Part shown: piece by piece, positions 60,501 to 64,000 of the stretch
Layout of the letters: every line of letters starts with the position of its first letter
Numbering within the stretch: the first letter of the stretch is position 1
Source of the DNA: Alphaproteobacteria bacterium
GTDB taxonomy: Bacteria; Pseudomonadota; Alphaproteobacteria; JBKEAR01
NCBI GenBank assembly: GCA_047972425.1
Contig: JBKEAR010000022.1
Coordinates: 8,371-72,370, forward strand
DNA length: 64,000 bases
Reading direction: 5' to 3'
Notes under the pieces: generated by a model
Seen by the model: the letters and a program-made list of their open reading frames with translations, nothing else
Database searches by the model: none
What the model was told of the DNA's origin: nothing
Translations under genes and position numbers: made by a program

Positions 60501-61994
60501 ATGACTACAGATAAAACAACTCCCATTTTATCATTGCGTGATATTCGTAAATCTTATGGACCAACTGAGGTCTTACATGGTATTGATTTAGATGTTTATG
60601 CAGGTGAAGTCGTAGCTTTACTTGGCGAAAACGGTGCAGGTAAATCTACTGTATCTAATGTGATTTCAGGCACCGTTCCTGCCACTCTAGGTAGTATGAC
60701 GTGGTTAGGACAGCTTTATGCTCCTGAGAACCCAAGGGCGGCAATAGATTCTGGGGTTGGTATGATTCACCAAGAACTTCTTTTATTGCCACAGCTTTCT
60801 ATTGCAGAAAATATTTTTGTGGGTCGTTATCCAACAAAAGACGGACGTGTTAACCGTAAAGAGATGCAAGAGCGTGCGCATCGCGGATTACAGCGGTTGG
60901 GTTTAGATATATCGCCCAAAAGACTTGTAGATGGCTTATCAACAGCTAATCAACAGCTTGTAGAAATTGCCAAAGCTCTTACTTTAGATGCTAAATTACT
61001 CATTCTAGACGAGCCGACTGCTGCTTTAGGAACAGAGGAAACAAAGCTTTTGTTTAAACAAATTAGCCGTCTGAGAGAAGAAGGTGTAGGTATTATTTAT
61101 ATCTCTCATCGCTTAGAAGAGATTAAAAAAATTGCCGATCGTATTGTTGTGATGCGAGATGGTTCGGTTGTGCAAAATTTTGATACAGCAGACATCCCTA
61201 TTCGCACTATTGTGGAAAGTATGGTGGGTAGAAGCCTAGAACAAATATTTCCGCCCTTGGCAAAGCCACAAGATAAAATATTGTTAGAAATAAAAAACAT
61301 AACATCGTCAAATAATCTTTGCCGCGATGTAGATTTTTCTGTTCGCAAAGGTGAAATTTTTGGAATTGCGGGGCTTGTAGGAGCTGGAAGAACTGAACTA
61401 ATGCGTGCTATATCAGGTGCGGATCCAATAAAATCTGGGGAAATTATTATTGATGGTAATAGTGTGAATGTAAAATCACCCAAAAATGCGATTGATAGTG
61501 GTATGGTTCTTATTCCTGAGGATCGTAAGCTTCAAGGCCTTGTGGTATCTCAATCTATTGAAGATAATATTGCCTATGCAAATTTTGATAAAGTATCTTT
61601 TAAAAATTGGCTAACTGAAAAAGCTATTCGTGAATATTCTGATAAAGATATTAAACGCTTTCAGGTAAAAGGTCAAAGCCGACAAAAGGCTGATGAACTA
61701 TCGGGTGGTAATCAACAAAAAGTTGTGATTGCCAAATGGCTATCGCGTAATCCAAAGATCGTATTGTTAGATGAACCCACAAGAGGAATTGATGTTGGGG
61801 CACGTTCATCTATTTATGAAATCATTCATAGCCTCGCAGAGATGGGAGTTGCCGTTGTTGTTGTCAGTTCGGATTTAGAAGAAATTTTAGGTGTATCTAA
61901 CCGAATTATGGTTATGGCCGCAGGCAGACAAGCAGGAATATTAGATGCTGAAGAGGCAAATGATGTATCAATTATGGAGTTAGCAACAAGCTAA
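60501..61994 (+). CDS. Sugar ABC ATP-binding protein (RbsA family)
   Basis: GENGAGKST, LDEPTA, PEDRK, LSGGNQQK, DEPTRGIDVG. Confidence 0.95.
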   Translation: MTTDKTTPILSLRDIRKSYGPTEVLHGIDLDVYAGEVVALLGENGAGKSTVSNVISGTVPATLGSMTWLGQLYAPENPRAAIDSGVGMIHQELLLLPQLSIAENIFVGRYPTKDGRVNRKEMQERAHRGLQRLGLDISPKRLVDGLSTANQQLVEIAKALTLDAKLLILDEPTAALGTEETKLLFKQISRLREEGVGIIYISHRLEEIKKIADRIVVMRDGSVVQNFDTADIPIRTIVESMVGRSLEQIFPPLAKPQDKILLEIKNITSSNNLCRDVDFSVRKGEIFGIAGLVGAGRTELMRAISGADPIKSGEIIIDGNSVNVKSPKNAIDSGMVLIPEDRKLQGLVVSQSIEDNIAYANFDKVSFKNWLTEKAIREYSDKDIKRFQVKGQSRQKADELSGGNQQKVVIAKWLSRNPKIVLLDEPTRGIDVGARSSIYEIIHSLAEMGVAVVVVSSDLEEILGVSNRIMVMAAGRQAGILDAEEANDVSIMELATS

Positions 61995-62007
61995 TAAGGA
62001 GGAAAGA

Positions 62008-62790
62008 ATGAAACGTTTTGAAGGAAAAACAGCTGTAATTACTGGCGGTAATAAAGGTATTGGTTTTGCAATGGCTAAACGCTTTGCTGAGGAAGGGGCA
62101 AATGTGGTTATTGCATCTATTGAAGATCAAGTTTATCAAGCTGCGGAACAACTTAAAAAACAAGGTGCGAATGTTACTGGAGTTGTGTGCGATGTTTCAA
62201 ATAAACAATCCGTACAAGCATTATATAAAAAGGCTGAAAAGACTTATGGTCAGATTGATATCTCTGTACAAAATGCTGGTATTATTACCATTGCTAAAGT
62301 TGAGAATTTAACTGAAAATGAGTGGGATAAAACCTTAGAGGTTAATGCTAAAGGTGTTTTTTTATGCTGTCAGGAAGCTATACACTATATGCGTAAAAGT
62401 GGTAAAGGCGGTAGGCTCATTAATACAGCATCTGGGCAAGCGAGAGAAGGTTTTATCTACACTCCTCATTATGCAGCATCTAAATTTGCAGTTATGGGTA
62501 TAACGCAAAGCTTAGCTAAAGAAGTTGCATTAGAAAATATTACAATAAATGCGATTTGTCCGGGTATAATTGTTACGGATATGTGGGATTATAATGATCG
62601 TGTTTGGGGAGCTATGCTTGGTGATTATGCTCCTGGTGAGTTAATGGCAGAATGGGTTGAAGGTATCCCGATGAAGCGTGCAGGTGAAGGTAAAGATATT
62701 GCTGGAACCGTTGCTTTTTTAGCCAGTGAAGATGCTTCTTATATAACAGGTCAAACTATCAATATCGATGGTGGCCTTATTATGTCTTAA
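62008..62790 (+). CDS. SDR oxidoreductase (polyol dehydrogenase-like)
   Basis: TGGNKGIG, QNAG, HYAASK, CPGII. Confidence 0.92.
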   Translation: MKRFEGKTAVITGGNKGIGFAMAKRFAEEGANVVIASIEDQVYQAAEQLKKQGANVTGVVCDVSNKQSVQALYKKAEKTYGQIDISVQNAGIITIAKVENLTENEWDKTLEVNAKGVFLCCQEAIHYMRKSGKGGRLINTASGQAREGFIYTPHYAASKFAVMGITQSLAKEVALENITINAICPGIIVTDMWDYNDRVWGAMLGDYAPGELMAEWVEGIPMKRAGEGKDIAGTVAFLASEDASYITGQTINIDGGLIMS

Positions 62791-62812
62791 TTTATGTGGA
62801 GGAAATAAAAAT

Positions 62813-63604
62813 ATGAGAATTAAAGATAAATTAGATGCATCAAAGCTTTTTGATCTAACAGGTGAAGTCGCCCTTGTTACAGGAGCAGGTAGTGGTATTG
62901 GGCAAGCAATCGCTATTGGATTCGCACAATGTGGTGCTGATGTTGCTTGTTTAGACAAAAGAGATGATGGTGGTTTACAAGATACCGTAAATCAAATTAA
63001 AGTAATAGGCAGAAGAGCAATTGCTATTGCTGCTGATGTTACTTTAAAAGATAATTTAAATAACGCTGTATCTGAAACTGAAAATCAATTAGGGCTACTT
63101 TCTATTGCTGTAAATGCTGCGGGTATTGCCAATGCAGCCCCTGCTGAAGAAATGAGTGAAGAACAATATCAAACGTTAATGGATATTAATATGAAAGGTA
63201 TTTTCTTTTCTTGTCAAGCAGAGGCGAATGCGATGATGAAACATGGCAAAGGATCTATTATCAACATCGCCTCTATGTCTGGTGTTATCGTCAATCGGGG
63301 ATTAACTCAAATTCATTATAATGCATCTAAGGCGGGTGTAATCCATATGAGCAAAAGTATGGCAATGGAATGGGTTGATAAAGGGATTCGCGTTAATTCT
63401 ATCAGCCCTGGTTATACAGCAACACCAATGAATACCCGCCCAGAGATGGTGCATCAAACGAAAGAGTTTGAAGCTCAAACTCCTATGCAACGAATGGCAT
63501 CAGTAAATGAAATAGTGGGTCCTGCTATCTTTTTAGCAAGCAATGCATCGAGTTATTGTACAGGGGTAGACTTATTAGTAGACGGCGGTTTTGTGTGCTG
63601 GTAA
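62813..63604 (+). CDS. SDR oxidoreductase (polyol dehydrogenase/ketose reductase-like)
   Basis: TGAGSGIG, NAAG, ASMSG, HYNASK, SPGYT; GGAGG RBS before ATG 62813. Confidence 0.92.
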   Translation: MRIKDKLDASKLFDLTGEVALVTGAGSGIGQAIAIGFAQCGADVACLDKRDDGGLQDTVNQIKVIGRRAIAIAADVTLKDNLNNAVSETENQLGLLSIAVNAAGIANAAPAEEMSEEQYQTLMDINMKGIFFSCQAEANAMMKHGKGSIINIASMSGVIVNRGLTQIHYNASKAGVIHMSKSMAMEWVDKGIRVNSISPGYTATPMNTRPEMVHQTKEFEAQTPMQRMASVNEIVGPAIFLASNASSYCTGVDLLVDGGFVCW

Positions 63605-63667
63605 CGAGTTTATCATTACTGATAATTTGTATTAAATATAAATCGAATAGGTTGAAAAGAGGTTGTT

Positions 63668-64000
63668 GTGAATCCTTATAGTTTAGGTATAAAAGATCTA
63701 GAAAAAAAAGCACAAGCAATTCGGCGTAAAATTATTAATTTGAATGCCGAAAGCCCTGCCGGTGGACATACTGGTGCCGATTTATCGCAAGTGGAAATTG
63801 TAACGGCATTATATTTTAGAATATTAAACTGTTCACCCGATCGTTTAACGGATCCTGAACGTGACATATATATTCAGTCTAAAGGCCATGCTGCGGGGGG
63901 GTATTATTGTTGTTTGGCCGAGGCCGGATATTTTCCTAAAGAATGGCTGCCTACTTATCAACATGCAGATTCAAAATTACCTGGGCATCCGGTTAAACAT
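63668..64000 (+). CDS. Transketolase N-terminal (ThDP-binding) region, probably a split-type subunit, truncated at window edge
   Basis: Not in the ORF track. GTG 63668 after GAGG: VNPYSLGIKDLEKKAQAIRRKIINLNAESPAGGHTGADLSQVEI...RDIYIQSKGHAAG...SKLPGHP. Confidence 0.9.
   Translation, partial: MNPYSLGIKDLEKKAQAIRRKIINLNAESPAGGHTGADLSQVEIVTALYFRILNCSPDRLTDPERDIYIQSKGHAAGGYYCCLAEAGYFPKEWLPTYQHADSKLPGHPVKH

Overview
AT-rich alphaproteobacterial chromosome segment, mostly core genes, with no transposase, integrase, phage or CRISPR signal. In order: a LapBCE/AggA-type type I secretion locus (divergent tolC running off the left edge, an ABC transporter and two tandem HlyD adaptors); dsbA, rne, PBP1A and prfB (programmed +1 frameshift); an Fe-ADH, M20 peptidase and AGE epimerase; ispDF and dusB-ntrBC-ntrYX-trkA-dat-hfq-hflX; a dif (XerCD) site at 30897-30924 where two long operons converge; ydcF-mltB-rlpA-dac-tmk-holB-metG-tatD-MBL on the minus strand; two tRNA-Ser genes with a tRNA-derived 139-bp repeat; a redox cluster (oxyR divergent from cydP-cydA-cydB-cydX-like-ybgE, then azoR and ygiD sharing an ACTTT-N7-AAAGT palindrome); gatCAB; ruvX-plsY-dprA-topA-rnr; and a sugar/polyol ABC transporter with two SDRs and a transketolase N-terminal region running off the right edge. 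The most striking feature is CydA. Its Q-loop is roughly 65-70 aa longer than that of E. coli and carries a Cys264/Cys289 pair positioned like the mycobacterial Q-loop disulfide, and the operon lies head-to-head with oxyR. Several genes normally syntenic here (amiC, pyrB/pyrC, mazG) are absent. All calls rest on reading motifs by eye; no database search was run.
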